Made by a program: the position numbers and the translations under genes | Source of the DNA: Octopus vulgaris | Lineage: Eukaryota | Assembly: GCA_951406725.2 (NCBI GenBank) | Contig: OX597815.1 | Location: 203,608,001-203,672,000, forward strand | DNA length: 64,000 bases | Direction of reading: 5' to 3' | The notes under the pieces: model-generated | What the model saw: only the letters and a program-made list of their open reading frames with translations | What the model was told of the DNA's origin: nothing | The model's database searches: none | Part shown: piece by piece, positions 27,863 to 43,599 of the stretch | Layout: each line of letters begins with the position of its first letter | How positions within the stretch are numbered: position 1 is the first letter of the stretch

Positions 27863-28079
27863 AAAGAAGGTTGTTGTGTAAGACCGAAAAAATGCGAGAA
27901 GGAACAAAGTAAGCTACAAAAAGAAAAGAAAAACAAAGCAACAAAATTGCAGCTTCACTTTGCATTTCTATATTTTGGAAACCTTCTTCAGGACATTTGG
28001 AAAAACTGCAATTTTGTCTTTTCTTCTCCCTTTGTAGTTAACTTAGTAGTTAACTTGTACATTCTCGCATTGTCCCGGC

Positions 28080-28110
<31 letters not shown>

Positions 28111-28114
<4 letters not shown>

Positions 28115-29456
28115 TCATTTGCACCTCTTGCCGCGAGGTAAGTTCATCTGGGACTCTTGACAGGAAGAGGTTCAGCTTGGTTTGAAAACACCTATTTCCA
28201 CTTTGTGTAGGTCCTCAGGCTCTTTGAGAGAATATTAAAAAGCTGTGGGCCCTTGAAACCCCAGCTGTTGCAGTAACTGGTCCTGAAGTGCGCTGGCATT
28301 GCTAGGATCTTTGGCACTGTGTAGTGTCAACACGTTCTGACATCTGTGTAACTTTCAATGCCAAACTTTGGTACAATTGCTTCCAGGATCTCCCAGATGC
28401 ATATTGCTACATACCTCTTCCGCCTTCGCTCCAGGGAGTAGAGTAGCTGTTTTAGCCTTTCCCAGTAGCTGAGCTGTTGCAATGAGGCGATCTTGTTTGT
28501 GAAGCTTCGCTGAATTGCTTCAAGGTCCGCTGTTAATTTGACTCTGTTGGGTGACCATAGCTGGGAGTAGTAACCCAGGCGGACCTTCATGGTTTCCTTC
28601 TCTCTGGGTCTGAAAGTTCTCAGGATCCATCCAGCCAGTCGTCTGCACTTCGACGTCATCCTGGTAATGTGCACTTGGAAAGAGGTATTATCATTCATGT
28701 CGATACCCAGGTCCCTCACTGATTTAGGCTCTAGGATTGTAATCCCCTGTGGCCAGTATACACTGTAAGTTTTATATTCAGTTTTGGACGCTGGTAGTAC
28801 AGGGCTTTGAATTTTACAGCATTGAACTGCATATTATTATCCTCAGTCCATTTGTAAATTGAGTCCAACTGCTGCTACAGGTGTGCAACATCGCTGGGGT
28901 TCTGTATTTTCTGCGAGACTTTCGTATCGTCCGCGTAGCTAGCAAGAGTGGCTCTCCGGGCAGCTGAGAGCATATCTCAGAGGGCCAGGATAAAAAGCAG
29001 TAGTCCCAAGACAGAGCCTTGTGTAACATCGCTCACTATTTGTGTTTTCATTGAGGTGGCTCCATCGCCCACTACTGCCTGACTTCTATCTTTCAGAAAG
29101 TCATACAAGCACTCACCAAGTTTTCCAGCTATGCCGAAATCACGCAGTTTGTGGAATATCATACCATGATCAACTTTATCAAAAGCTTTTGCAAAGTCAG
29201 GGTATATCACATCCACATTTGCGTTGCTGAGTAACTGCCTCAACACCCAATCATAGTGGTGTAAGAGCTGGGTTAAGCAGATCCTACATGGTCGAAATCC
29301 CTGCTGGGTACTACCCAGCAAGTCGTTTTCTCCAAGGAATGCGATTAGTCACCCTCTGAATATCCGTTCCATGACTTTGCTGATGTGTGAAGTCACAGAG
29401 GTAGGCCTATAGTTTTTGGCATCTGCTATTCTCCCTCCTTCATAGATTGGGTATAG

Positions 29457-29460
<4 letters not shown>
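28111..29460 (-). mobile_element. CR1-like LINE reverse transcriptase relic
   Basis: NYRP.S.TSHISKVMER, QQGFRP, DFAKAFDKVDH, TQGSVLG, YADDTK, LYSLERRR motifs with frameshifts. Confidence 0.92.
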
Positions 29461-29515
<55 letters not shown>

Positions 29516-29542
29516 CATATAATGTATATATGTGTATATATA

Positions 29543-29615
<73 letters not shown>

Positions 29616-29696
29616 ATATATATAATATACATATATATAATATATATAATGTTATATATATATATATATATACAATATATAGAATACATAGATAAT

Positions 29697-29764
<68 letters not shown>

Positions 29765-29800
29765 TTAGCTAGCTAGCTAGCCAGTTAGATAGATCGCTAG

Positions 29801-29960
29801 CCACTAAACCTTTTTATTTTCTCTCCCTGTTTATTTCCGTGTTCTTTTCAGTCGAAGAGCCTAGGCTCGAAACGTAAAAGACTTTCTCACTTCTCGAGCG
29901 TTAATAATTCTGTTTGTTGTTTACACTAGTCTTCGTCTTACTTTTTGTAAGTTCTCACTA
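29801..29960 (+). mobile_element. Short microsatellite-flanked element with minimal hammerhead-like motif (29843-29881)
   Basis: ucuuuu CAGUCGA A GAGC cuag GCUC GAA ACGU A aaaga: stem II, GAAA, palindromic ACGU, GUA triplet; flanked by (GATA)n and (TA)/(CA)n. Confidence 0.5.
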
Positions 29961-30016
29961 TATATAACACACACACACACACACGTATATATATAATATA
30001 ATATATAATATATATA

Positions 30017-30068
<52 letters not shown>

Positions 30069-30479
30069 CATATATATATTTATATTGTCATTTCAGCAAG
30101 CAGTAGTATGATATCAGTGTAGTTACATATATGATTTCTTAAAGAAAGACTGATAATGAGAACATTGCAAGGACATATTGCATGACAAAAATTTTGAGTG
30201 ACTTACTCAGAATCGATTGGCAAACATATAGAGAGACATAAAAGGAAATGCCCCAATAAGATGTTTGCTACCAAAAGCCAATCAACCAACCCAATAGATC
30301 AAGGATTACATCACCAAAACTAAGTGAGCTCTCCTCCATGTGTTCTCCGTATTACAATGTGTATGTTGAAACTAGAAACATTTATTCAGGCCAGATTTTG
30401 CCACTGTCATCTACGTTTCTGCCCATTTATTGAAAGGTAGTACTTTATTCTGTGCCCTCAATTTCAGCTATCTTAAACT

Positions 30480-30640
30480 AGAATCTGAGCAATATTTCTA
30501 GGATTAACCAAAGAAGAAATTTCTGCCTGAAATCCTTTCATTCATGCCTACCCTATAGTATCTTGCCATACCCACCAGCAGGGTCAACGAAAGGGTACAA
30601 TTCTTTGAGTGAAGTTAAACTTATTTTGAAATATTGCATA
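30480..30640 (-). mobile_element. Possible piggyBac transposase relic
   Basis: Fragments FVDPA / MARYYRVGMNER / QKFLLWLIL loosely resemble the GVD..DQ...Y....R.W...F.WL region; very decayed. Confidence 0.2.
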
Positions 30641-31123
30641 TGTGGGAGTAGGAGCTGATGATTGGCTTTCTCAGGTGGGACATAAGAACTTTCTCTTACC
30701 CACTCATTTTCCGCCTTATCCTTTGTAACAAAAAATGAGTTGAGATCATTGCCAGCAATATAGACACTGTCTCTGTCTGTCTGTTTCTGTCTATGTATCT
30801 CTGATATATTAATGAAAGGATTTAAAACGTTGATGCTACATTTCACAGATCCTTTTGAATTTGTATACTGTAATAAACGCATATTATGTTTTTGCAGCTG
30901 CCCTTCTTAGTAAAAAACAAGTGAACAAAAAATTGCAAGATAGCCAAATTTCTGTTTATTTTGGGACGTGAACAAGAATAGGGCCGACCCTGACCACCAT
31001 ACCGAGGGAAAGAATCTGGCCAAAGAAAGTTCTAGGGGAGCAGGCATATGTATACTGAGATTGATACCCAACAATTGCCAACACAGTTCTGTTATATAAT
31101 ATTGTAGCTGATTTTAACTATGA

Positions 31124-31194
<71 letters not shown>

Positions 31195-33052
31195 GTGTGT
31201 CTGTCTGTCTATCTACCTATTAACCTATCTTTCTTTCTTTTTCTTTCTCCCCTCTTTCTTATGTGTGTGTATGCGTGTGTGTGTATGCGTGTGTGTGTAT
31301 GCGTGTGTGTGTATGCGTTTGTGTGTATGCGTTTGTTTGTATGCGTGTGTGTATATGCGCGTGTGTAGTGAGATAAGCATAAATTTCATAAATGTATGTA
31401 TATATAGGTGGGCGTGTGTATGTAAATTAGTAAATTATTTATTAGAACTTTTAATCCGCCCTGTTTCAATATCACCTAAGTAAAATGTGTATGTGTGTGT
31501 GTGTATGTGTGTGTGTGTGTGTGTCAAAGCAGCTGATGAGCTGATTCTGGGCTAAGCGGAATATTGATTATTGGCCGAATTTATTGATTTTATTTCGCTT
31601 ACTGCACACCTATACCACTGGGAATGTCATGTAGGTCACAACACCTCGTTTTTTCTTTCTCTACATATATATAAGTTTCCGTACTTGTGTCTAGTCTAAA
31701 GAAGTTTTTTTTGTTTGTTTTTACTCTTGATCTTTTCCAGGTCAGCTTTAATGGAGCAGACCTAGTCTAAGGCATTCCAACCGTGGCCTTTTACATTATG
31801 TATCTATGCTAGTGTAAACCAGCAGGCTTACTGCGTCGATGCTTCGTCACTAACTCATCATTACAAGTAATGTATTGTTTTAATATAAGTGCAAGAGACT
31901 GTCACCTTCTCACCACCAGGCAAGCCGAATCCAAGAATCGGTTCCAATATTTATTGGAGGTCGTTTCCACCGCCCTTTCTGAATGCATCGATAATGTTTT
32001 AGAAATGCATCAGCACCACAACGTAACTCTCCGCTTCTTTTAAAACATCCACGGTCCTAGTACCTTACTCAAAGAAAGCTAGCCAGGCACATCTACAAGT
32101 GAAGGTATTCTCTACGCAGTTACTCAGCCTGCTAGAAATAACAGCCAAATCTTCCTCAGACTACACTCTGCCACCACTATCGTCTTTAAAAGTCGTCTTA
32201 AAAAGTGACAATGTGATCTTAGATATACAAAAAGCTAAGAAGGTCAGAGATGAAATGTTTAGGTGAGAGGAGAAGCAAAAACATGAACAACATAACAGTT
32301 AAAGTAATGTATGACAGAACTGGTTGAGCTCCAGGAGAAATGCGCTAGCGTTTAGTTTATAAAGTCTATATACATTTAAAGTTCAAATCTAACTCAAGAC
32401 GGTTTTGGTTTTTCCATCCTTCCAAGGGTTGATAAAATAAGTACCAGTCATTTACACGAGGTCAGTTCAGTGAACTAAAAAATGCCATACTTGCAAATAT
32501 ATGTATGACCTTGTGTCATTTTTAACCAAACATTATTTCATGTGATGTGCAAGAAATAAGCAGGCCAGAGCCGTGTAATTTTCAGATCAGTTTCGATTCT
32601 CGGTCGAAAAAGAATATAAGATCACAAGATCTGTATTCTCTTTCGAACGTAATTATGTGTCTTCTGTGCACTATCGCCAATCAGCTGATCAGATACATAT
32701 CAGTGTTTTGTATATGTATATCGTTCTGTTTTTTAAAGAAACACTTACTCGATAACATATTTCATCTACGTACGAAAAATATGTTGATTTAAATACTACA
32801 TGCGTGCATATGCATACTAAAAGTCATGTTTTGTGTTGTTATTTATGTTTGGTGTACACAGTAATTTTGTATTGATGTGCGTATATGTTTGTATATGTGT
32901 GTATGCGTATGTCTGTGTATGCAAGCGTGTGTCAGTATATGTGGGTGTCTATGTGTGTACGTACGATACATGTGTGCGTGTTTGTGTGTGTGTGTATATA
33001 TATATATGTATACATATGTACATGAACCGTATATATGCATACATACATGCAT

Positions 33053-33084
<32 letters not shown>

Positions 33085-33789
33085 GCATATCTATATGTCA
33101 GTCTGTCTGTCTGTCTATCTATATGCTTATATACATATGCACGCAAACACACGTACACACATGATATACTAAAAATATTAAAAATTATACCGGTTTCTAT
33201 AATATTCCCCACCAGATCCAGTCCATATAATTAAAACAACTACGCCCACTACTACGAGAGCCGGTGAAAGCTGTGAAAATATATATATGTATATATATAC
33301 ACAGGAATGGTTCTTGCAGAGAAATCTATGAATGACTTCATAAATTATTGGTCGAAGACCGGCAAGTATCACGTGCTACCTTCTGGTTTTAATCACGCGA
33401 TTTTCTTAAGACGCCTTATTCTTATTCTTATTATCTATTATCTGATTGCTATTAGTTTATTTCCACGACTATAATCACCATCACTGCTAGCACAATCATC
33501 ATCATCGTCATCATTTTCATCATTATCATCATTGCAAACACATGCATCCGCACGCACGCACACACGCACACACACACACACACAAAGTCACACACACACA
33601 CACACACACACACACAAATGCATGCAAACAAGCATGCACATATGAACAAATAAGCAAGCTATAGATTTTTAACCCACTCACACTCGACAATGCAATTATA
33701 ACTAAAATTAAAGTAATTAATTAAAAAAAAAACGAAAAATTCTGATAAATAAAAGCTTTGTAAAAGTACACCGATATTGGATATATTTC

Positions 33790-34950
33790 AATGATGATGA
33801 TGATCATCATCATCATCGCCATCACTGTCATCATTACTGCCATCATCATTACCACCACCACCACCACCACGACACTACCACCTCCACCCTACCACCACCA
33901 CCGTCATATCAACCAACCACCGCCATCAGAACGTCACTACTATCCTCATCATCATCATCACCTCCACAACTACCATCATCATTAATATCATCATCAGGAA
34001 GCTTGATAATGGTTATGATGTCGATGATAGCGATTAGACATTTCTTCTTTAGTTATACACATGAAGATAAATTTACGTGCATATTTTCCTGACAATAACA
34101 AAACTAACAACAACAATAATAATTTTTTAAAATAATAATTTTGGTGACGGTAAGAAGGTTTGATAGAGTTTTACGAGTGCCCCAGGATCAGGAAAGTTGC
34201 ATGATGTCCTTACCTTTTTTTTTTTGTTTTAAGTGTTACAGATGTCAAGGTAAGGTAAATGCCTGTCACCTGGAAATCGAAACCGGATCGCATCGTATCC
34301 AGTTCATCATACATTAGGTTTGGCTGCAATCGATCCCTTTCCCTTGCTACAAACACTATGCTGCCATCACCATCATCACTTTCACAACCCTCAGCAACAC
34401 TAGGGCCGCCGCCACCACTTGCATGTTACCATCTTAACCACTGGCACCGCAACTGTCTCTATCATGCTGCATCCACACCACCGTTGCCACTACAATCAAA
34501 GCCAGCACCGCCACCACCAACAGCACCATCACCACATTTATACTTATCAGTTTCACATCCTTCATATCCCCCCCATCATCACAAACACCAGCACCAACTA
34601 CAACACCACCACCACCTCTTGCACCGTAACTGACACCACCACATCATCATTCATTTATGCTATCGCCACCACCACCACCACCAACACTACATTGGTAGCT
34701 ATCACTATTATAACCATCACTTTACAACCACTATAACCATCAGTACCTACGCAAATATCAGCATCACAGCAACCACCTCCATCACCAACAAGCATCATTA
34801 CAGCCATCACTGTACCACTACCACCACAACCACCACTACCACCATCGCCACGATGTCACTACAACTATTACAATCACATAACTATCATTCCCACCATCTC
34901 TACTACCGCCATCAGCGTGTACCAACATCACCACCATCAACACCAGTCGG
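33790..34950. repeat. C/A-rich low-complexity triplet tract ((CAC/CAT/CAA)n)
   Basis: Direct reading. Confidence 0.85.
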
Positions 34951-35587
34951 TAAAACAGTAACTTCAACAAGAACAAGAATAATAGCAATCATATAACGAC
35001 GTTGAATATGACGATGATGATAATATCTACGATGAAGCTAAGGTGTTCGTGGCACGAAAACCACCCGGCAGTTGAAAATATCATAGGCATTGAACAGCCG
35101 GCACGAACACTTTTCGTTCTCAACACAAAACAGTGCTATTGAGAGAAGCATTATCAACAACGATGGAACCTTTTCGAAGTGGCTCAAACAGTTGGAAATA
35201 GCAGCCAAATCTATCTGATATCACACCCTGTTTGTTGTTAAAAACCAAAAATAAAAAAAAAAAAAAAAAAAGCATAGGAGTGGGTAACATTCAATATTAT
35301 ATACCCCACGAACGAAATAATAATAATAATGATAAGAAACAGATAAGTTGCTAAACAGCTGAAATGTTTTAAGTCTGTCTGTCTGTACTATTACTACTAC
35401 TGATACTACTGCCCCTCCACAGCTGACAAAAAACGGCATCAACATTAACAACACCAACATCAATAACAACTTCACAACTAGAACCAACAACAAACAACAG
35501 TTCTTAACTGGAGGACAACACGTTAATCAGTGATGTGATGAACGGCGATCGAAACTTTAAACCTATGTATGTATATGTATGCAATTA

Positions 35588-35668
<81 letters not shown>

Positions 35669-35776
35669 GTACATATTTATATGTATATGTACATATATTT
35701 ATATGTATATGTATTTATATATATATATGAATCTCTCTAATATATAAACATCTGTTGGCATGCATATATATATAAC

Positions 35777-35817
<41 letters not shown>

Positions 35818-36227
35818 TGTGTGTGTGAGTGTGTGTGTGTGTGTGTGTGTACAGATACACATTTACTCATGTACATATGTATGTTGATGTAGGTGTGTAT
35901 GTATATGGAATAAATTGTATAGTTTTATGCAAATGCTGAAATTTAGCATGTATGTATACTTAGTTAAATACGCACACACACACACACACATACATGTATG
36001 TATAACTATTTAAAGGTGTGTTTGTCCGTGTATGTGTGTATGTAAGTATGTATGTATGTATGTATGTATGCATGTACGTGTATAATATATATATACTTAT
36101 ATATAATTATATATATATATCCTATATATCTATGTGTACAATATGCCGAAGCATGCATGTGTAAACATGTACACAAACTATGTATGTATGTGTGTGTGTA
36201 GAGAGAGAGAGAAGGAGAAGAGATAGG

Positions 36228-36258
<31 letters not shown>

Positions 36259-36410
36259 GGAGCATGTGTATGTGTGTACATGTATGTATATCTATGTAGG
36301 TATACTTATATTTACATACAGAGAACCACGCACGTATAATGCAACCGTATGTGTATGTGTGTGTATACATTTATATATATGTGCAAACACACACTCACAC
36401 ACATATCTAA

Positions 36411-36491
<81 letters not shown>

Positions 36492-36527
36492 AATCAATCT
36501 ATCTATCTATCTATCTGTATATATATG

Positions 36528-36568
<41 letters not shown>

Positions 36569-36630
36569 CATATATACTTGTATGTAAATATACACATATA
36601 CATACATAGATACATACATACATACATACA

Positions 36631-36666
<36 letters not shown>

Positions 36667-36997
36667 TATTGGCTAAACTGGCAATATGACCATTCCAAAA
36701 TATAACAATATATATATACATGTATACACACACACACAAACACATTTAACAGGAAAGTGCATCTGTTCGGAACTTTTCAATTCGATACAAATTCTTCTGC
36801 GTGCTGGAATCGGTTTTATCACATGATATCTATTAAGCACTCCACACAGCTGATGTGATCGACGTAGTGTAAAGTGATATTTTTTTATAAACAGATGTAA
36901 AAGACCAGCTAAAATACGGATGATCGACGTGAAATATATAAACAAAAGAGACGAAAAAAAAATCGATTATGGATTACTTATCCCATGACTATTTTTA

Positions 36998-37074
<77 letters not shown>

Positions 37075-37095
37075 CTAGTAATAATAATAATAATG

Positions 37096-37130
<35 letters not shown>

Positions 37131-37190
37131 GATTTCTTTTATTAGCCACAGGAGCATAAATGAGAGGGATTGTTATCATTAGTATCATTG

Positions 37191-37246
<56 letters not shown>

Positions 37247-37380
37247 TATATATTTATTACTTTTGTTGCTGTAATTATTATTATTGTTATTGTGTTTTCT
37301 TATGTTTTCGTTATTTTGTGTCGCCGTCATTATCACCTCAACCATCATCACCATCATCATCATCATCATCATCGTCGTCG

Positions 37381-37434
<54 letters not shown>

Positions 37435-38120
37435 ACGTAATCATCATCATCGTAATCATCGTCATCATCGTAATCGTCATCGTCGTCGTCATCATCATCA
37501 TCATCATCATCTTAATGCAGATTCTGGCGTAAAGTAAAGTATGCCCTTGGGAAGGGTACATCAATATCACAGACAGACAGTCATAATCTCTTTCACCCTG
37601 TTGAAACTGTTGTTTTGTTCTCTTAATAGGAAAGCATTTAGTGTCAATGGCAAAGTGAGGAAAAGTATTTTAATTATTATTTTATTGTCGTCTTATTTGT
37701 ACCCAAAGACGAATGTCTCATTCTAGTTAATTTTTGTGGCTAATGAAAAAAAAAAATCTCTAATCATTAAGGGGAGAGTGGAGAAATTAACCACCCTCTT
37801 TTAAAAGTGGATGATACCCGTTGGTTTTTGGAATTTAGCAGGGTTAAGTTTAAACAGGGTGGGGAAGAAAAAGTATGAGAGAAACAAGACGAAGGGATTT
37901 TCTTCGAGGTTGGTGAGTGGTGTTGAGAGAATCGTTTAAAATTTAGGTTATGTATACACACACACACACATACACACACACACACACACACACATATACA
38001 TGTACACATGTAGATATGGGAATACGCATGCACACATTTGCACATGCATGCATATTTTCAATTTTCTTATGTATACGTATGTACTCACGTGTGTCTGTGT
38101 GTATATCTATCTAACTACCG

Positions 38121-38193
<73 letters not shown>

Positions 38194-38194
38194 C

Positions 38195-38237
<43 letters not shown>

Positions 38238-38991
38238 CCTATCTACCTATCTATCTATCTATCTACCTATCTATCTATCTATCTATCTATCTACCTATCT
38301 ATCTATCTATCTATAAATAGATATATAAAATATAATAAATATATGAAACAAGAGTATATATATGTATGTAATACATATATATATATATTTATCGATCATA
38401 ATAGATGTATATAAATGTTCATATATGACATAACATATAATATATATATATATATATATATAACATTTATATACAACATATATAATATATACCCGTATAC
38501 TTTGATATGTTATATATACGTTTTATATATATATAATTATACATATGCATATTATATATTCGATGTATATATAAAGTATCGATATATAAAATATAATATA
38601 TAAAATATATGCATGACATGGAATACTAGACACACACACACATGCTTACATGCATCTATACGCATACATACATATACATACAGGCAAATATATATATAAT
38701 AAATAAGGAAAGAAAGAAAGAAAGAAAAAAAAAGAAAGAAAGAAAGACATTTTGAACAGTTAAAAACACATGACCAGAGCTGAAATACACACACACACAT
38801 ACAAGAACGCACACGTACACACATACACACACACACACACCTAATATTTTTCCTTGTTCACGTTAAGAAAGAATCATTAGATGCCGATGTAAGAACGGTA
38901 TTAATTAATAACACCAAACAAACACACATACACACGTGAATACATACATACAAACATATATGCAATAACTTAGTTTGCCAGTGCAATATTG

Positions 38992-39031
<40 letters not shown>

Positions 39032-39434
39032 CACATGTATGTATGTTTGTATGTATATGCTCTGTGTGTCTGTTTGAGAGTGTATAGACACATAAGTACA
39101 AGTAAATTGAGAAGCAAAAATAAAACGACAAAATGAATATATAAAACTGTCAGAAACTGTAAGGTATATTGTGAATAATAAACATTTAAAGTGAAAAGAG
39201 TTTTTGATTACAATTATTGAACTCGTGCATTCATTATTCAAAAGGAATTAGTATTTTATTTTAGATGATTTTGTTCACCCACCCGACCGTAAGTAGTTTA
39301 TAGTGTAAATGAAAAGTGAGAAATTGAAGAACACGTGAGCGGCTTTCTTTTTCTGTTGTTAGTGTTCCTGCGTGAGTGTATACATGTGTGTGGATGCATT
39401 ATGTATGCATATGTGGTGTGTGTGTATGTATGTG

Positions 39435-39533
<99 letters not shown>

Positions 39534-39829
39534 ATAAAAGAATGTGGTGTAACCGCTTAGCACAAGCCTGCTAGAAATAGCAGACTAAGGTAAAGACACA
39601 TTGGAAGCTGCTGGCCTGAGTGCATTATGTCGGAGAAAAGGGCGGGATTATCACGGCTGGAATGCGTTTTCATCCTGCATGATGAGAACTAATCGTGAGG
39701 TCTAAGGAATAACCACAACAGCCACAACAGATAGGAAAGAAAAAAGTAAAGTGAAATGACGAGGGATGGATATATACAAAATAATTGTGGTGATAAATAG
39801 AAAGAATGATGAGAGAGAGGGAAGAAATA

Positions 39830-40140
39830 ATAAGCTACCGGCGATCCGAAAACGGTGATCCGTGACGGGCGATCCGTGACCGGCGATCAGAGACCGGCGA
39901 GCCAGTTTCGATTTTCGGTTGCAGCTATTGCAACGAAGCTGCACTTTCAAGTCGTTAATAATTCCTGGCTGTGGTGTGACAGGCGAGTAGTGGGAAAAGA
40001 TTGATACTGACAACCTACCACCACCACCATCATCAATTTCTCTATCTCTCTTTCCCTCCCTCTCTCTCTCTCTGTCTTTCTTTCCTTCTCTATACCCCTC
40101 TCTCTCTCTCTTGAGTTCTCGTGCCTTTATAAACGAGAAA
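39830..40140. promoter_or_regulatory. Candidate promoter or non-coding first exon
   Basis: Local CpG enrichment; palindromic TTTATAAA (40126-40133) inside ttctcgt/acgagaa arms; Inr-like TCAGTA on the minus strand near 40008; GA-rich tracts. Confidence 0.3.
39837..39906. repeat. Five degenerate 14-bp CpG-rich tandem repeats (consensus ACCGGCGATCCGTG)
   Basis: accggcgatccgaa/aacggtgatccgtg/acgggcgatccgtg/accggcgatcagag/accggcgagccagt. Confidence 0.85.
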
Positions 40141-40928
40141 TTGGGACCGAAAAAGAGAGAGAAGGGGAGAACATAGGGCTGAGTGTGAGGGTGAACTGAT
40201 AGTAAAGTAGATGAACAGAAAAAGTACACACACACAAACACACAGAGAAACACACACACACACACACATGAACAGAGAGAGGGAGAGAGAGGGAGGGAAA
40301 GAGGAAGAGAGACACGAGAGGGATTGAGAGTGAGGAAGAAAAGACTGAAGCAATTGTCATGCAAGTGAATTGGAGTTAGTGAAAATGTGAAACTTAGAGT
40401 AACATATGCTTACAATAATAATAATAATAATAATAATGATGATGATGATGATGATACAAAGTCCACATAGACTAATAGGTCGGAAATTATTGTCAAAGAT
40501 CAGAAGATAAGTAAGATTCAATCCTAACAGATGATAAATTATTTCTCTAAGAATTGGAGAAATTATCCGAAAATAAAGATCTGGAAATAGAGATAACCAA
40601 AATGTCGGGCCTGAAAACAGAAACAATCCCTGCAAGGAAAAAAAGGTGCTTAGGAACAATTAACAAACGGATGAGTTAGACAAACGTAAGCGAAATCCTT
40701 AGGTCTTAGATAAATGTATAACATTGAAGAAATAGCTCTGCTAAGTATTTACACACACATATGTAGAGGACTGAAAATACAATAAAAAACAAACACACTC
40801 AAAATAAACACTTCACTGTCTCAAGGTTCGCATCTGCGCTAGGTAGGGCAGTGAAAGTACATAGCAAGGAACATGACTATGACAACTGAATACTACTACT
40901 AATAATAATGATAATGATGATGATGATG

Positions 40929-40976
<48 letters not shown>

Positions 40977-41143
40977 GTAATAATAATAATAGGTTGAGAA
41001 ACTTGTTTTATAAAAATTGTTAAAGTAATGTGGTGTGAATAAAAATAATGCTCTGTGACACAGATACATGTGTGCGTATGTGTGTGTATCAAATATCTAT
41101 CTATCTATCTATCTCTCTCTCTCTCTATATATATATCTATCTA

Positions 41144-41186
<43 letters not shown>

Positions 41187-41227
41187 CGGATCACAAGCAT
41201 TTACGTATGTAGATAGGTAGGTAGATT

Positions 41228-41261
<34 letters not shown>

Positions 41262-41577
41262 GACGTGAATACAAAGTACGCAAGAAAAAGAAATAAAGAG
41301 AAAGAAAGAGAAAAAGAAACTATATTTAAGACGCAGCTAAATGCAACTTAAAATATATTAGCTATTTTACTTACAAACTGTTGATCCTGAGCAGGCGTAG
41401 TGTTTAATATATGTATGTGTATATGTGTATATGATTGACTGATTGTAAGTGTATAAATACATATTAGTACTTTTCATATTCCTATGTCTGTGTGTGTATA
41501 TATATATATGTATATGTATATATATATGTATATGTATATATATATATGTATATGTATATATATATATGTATATGTAT

Positions 41578-41624
<47 letters not shown>

Positions 41625-41712
41625 ACGTGTTTTTCTCAGAAGTTAAGCAGTAATAAAATGTTTGTTTTTTTTTTTCGTATTTCCTGTATTGTTACAAAAC
41701 TAATTTTACAAA

Positions 41713-41758
<46 letters not shown>

Positions 41759-41769
41759 GTACTATTATT

Positions 41770-41811
<42 letters not shown>

Positions 41812-42389
41812 TTAATAATAATAATAATTATAGTTTCTTTCTCGCTCACTGTGTGTGTGTATGTATGTATGTATGTACGTATGTATGTAAATGTATTAAT
41901 AAGAATGCGTGTGTAATGTATATACCTTGATAAATATCTTTTCTTATAATTGTTTTCTTTTTCTCTTCTGTCGTGGTCTCTTGTCAGCGGTATGGTATAT
42001 GACGCTTACTTAAGTGGCCACCGGTTGCAAGCTAACCAACTTTATATAGAGTCATTCGGCCAGTAGCTAGCTAATATTCATGCCATTTTTAATTGAGGGC
42101 GGGGTTTGGGGCGGTGCTCAGATTAAAAAAAAATAATAATAATAAAATAAGAAAGGAAAATAAATAAGAAAAGGTTAAATAAAAAAAATGACAAATAATA
42201 TAAAAAAAATTATACTACAAAGTCATATAAAACAAAATATATATAAACACATCGAAACGGGGGGAAAAAGTACGGGGCGGTACTAGAAGTATAAAGAACA
42301 ATAAATATTTTATAAAGATACTTTTAAGTATAGCAATCGAGTGTGAGTGTCAGTGTATGAAAGTGTATATACAAGCACACGCAAATACG

Positions 42390-42434
<45 letters not shown>

Positions 42435-42547
42435 ACACACAAACACACACACACATACATAAATACATACGTACATACATGCACACACTCATCCAAAAAC
42501 AATATAATATACACGCTCAAAAAACGTGCGTGCATGTGTGTGTGTGC

Positions 42548-42617
<70 letters not shown>

Positions 42618-42850
42618 GTATATATAAAATATAATATAAACCATTTATATACTTATACACATATAAACATGTGTAAATATATAATATAATGTATAAATAC
42701 ATACACACACACACACATATATACATATACACAAAGGCACATAAGCACATACATGTACACAAATGTATACACATTCGCACACACACACGCATATAAAAGT
42801 TTGTATTTATGTGAATAGTTTTTGTGTCACTGTGTGTGTATGAGTAGGTC

Positions 42851-43340
<490 letters not shown>

Positions 43341-43477
43341 TATCCATTTGTACACACAGATATGTGTATATAATCGCACACATACGCCCCCCATCCCCTC
43401 GAATATATTTATATGTACATATATAAAAACTTTGTGTGTGTGTGTGTGTGTCTATTTATATATATATAATATGCATA

Positions 43478-43531
43478 ATATATATATATATATATATATA
43501 TCCATTGCACACACACACACACGTGTTGATG

Positions 43532-43573
<42 letters not shown>

Positions 43574-43599
43574 TCAACACGTGTGTGTGTGTGTGCAAT

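Noticed and set aside
31528-31575. CTGATGAG followed by CGGAA
   Set aside because: GAAA absent and stems too weak; similarly weak candidates near 36805 and 54145 were also dropped.
34215-34260. Possible microexon (ttacag ATGTCAAG gtaagg)
   Set aside because: Sits beside a SINE-head remnant; no supporting exons.
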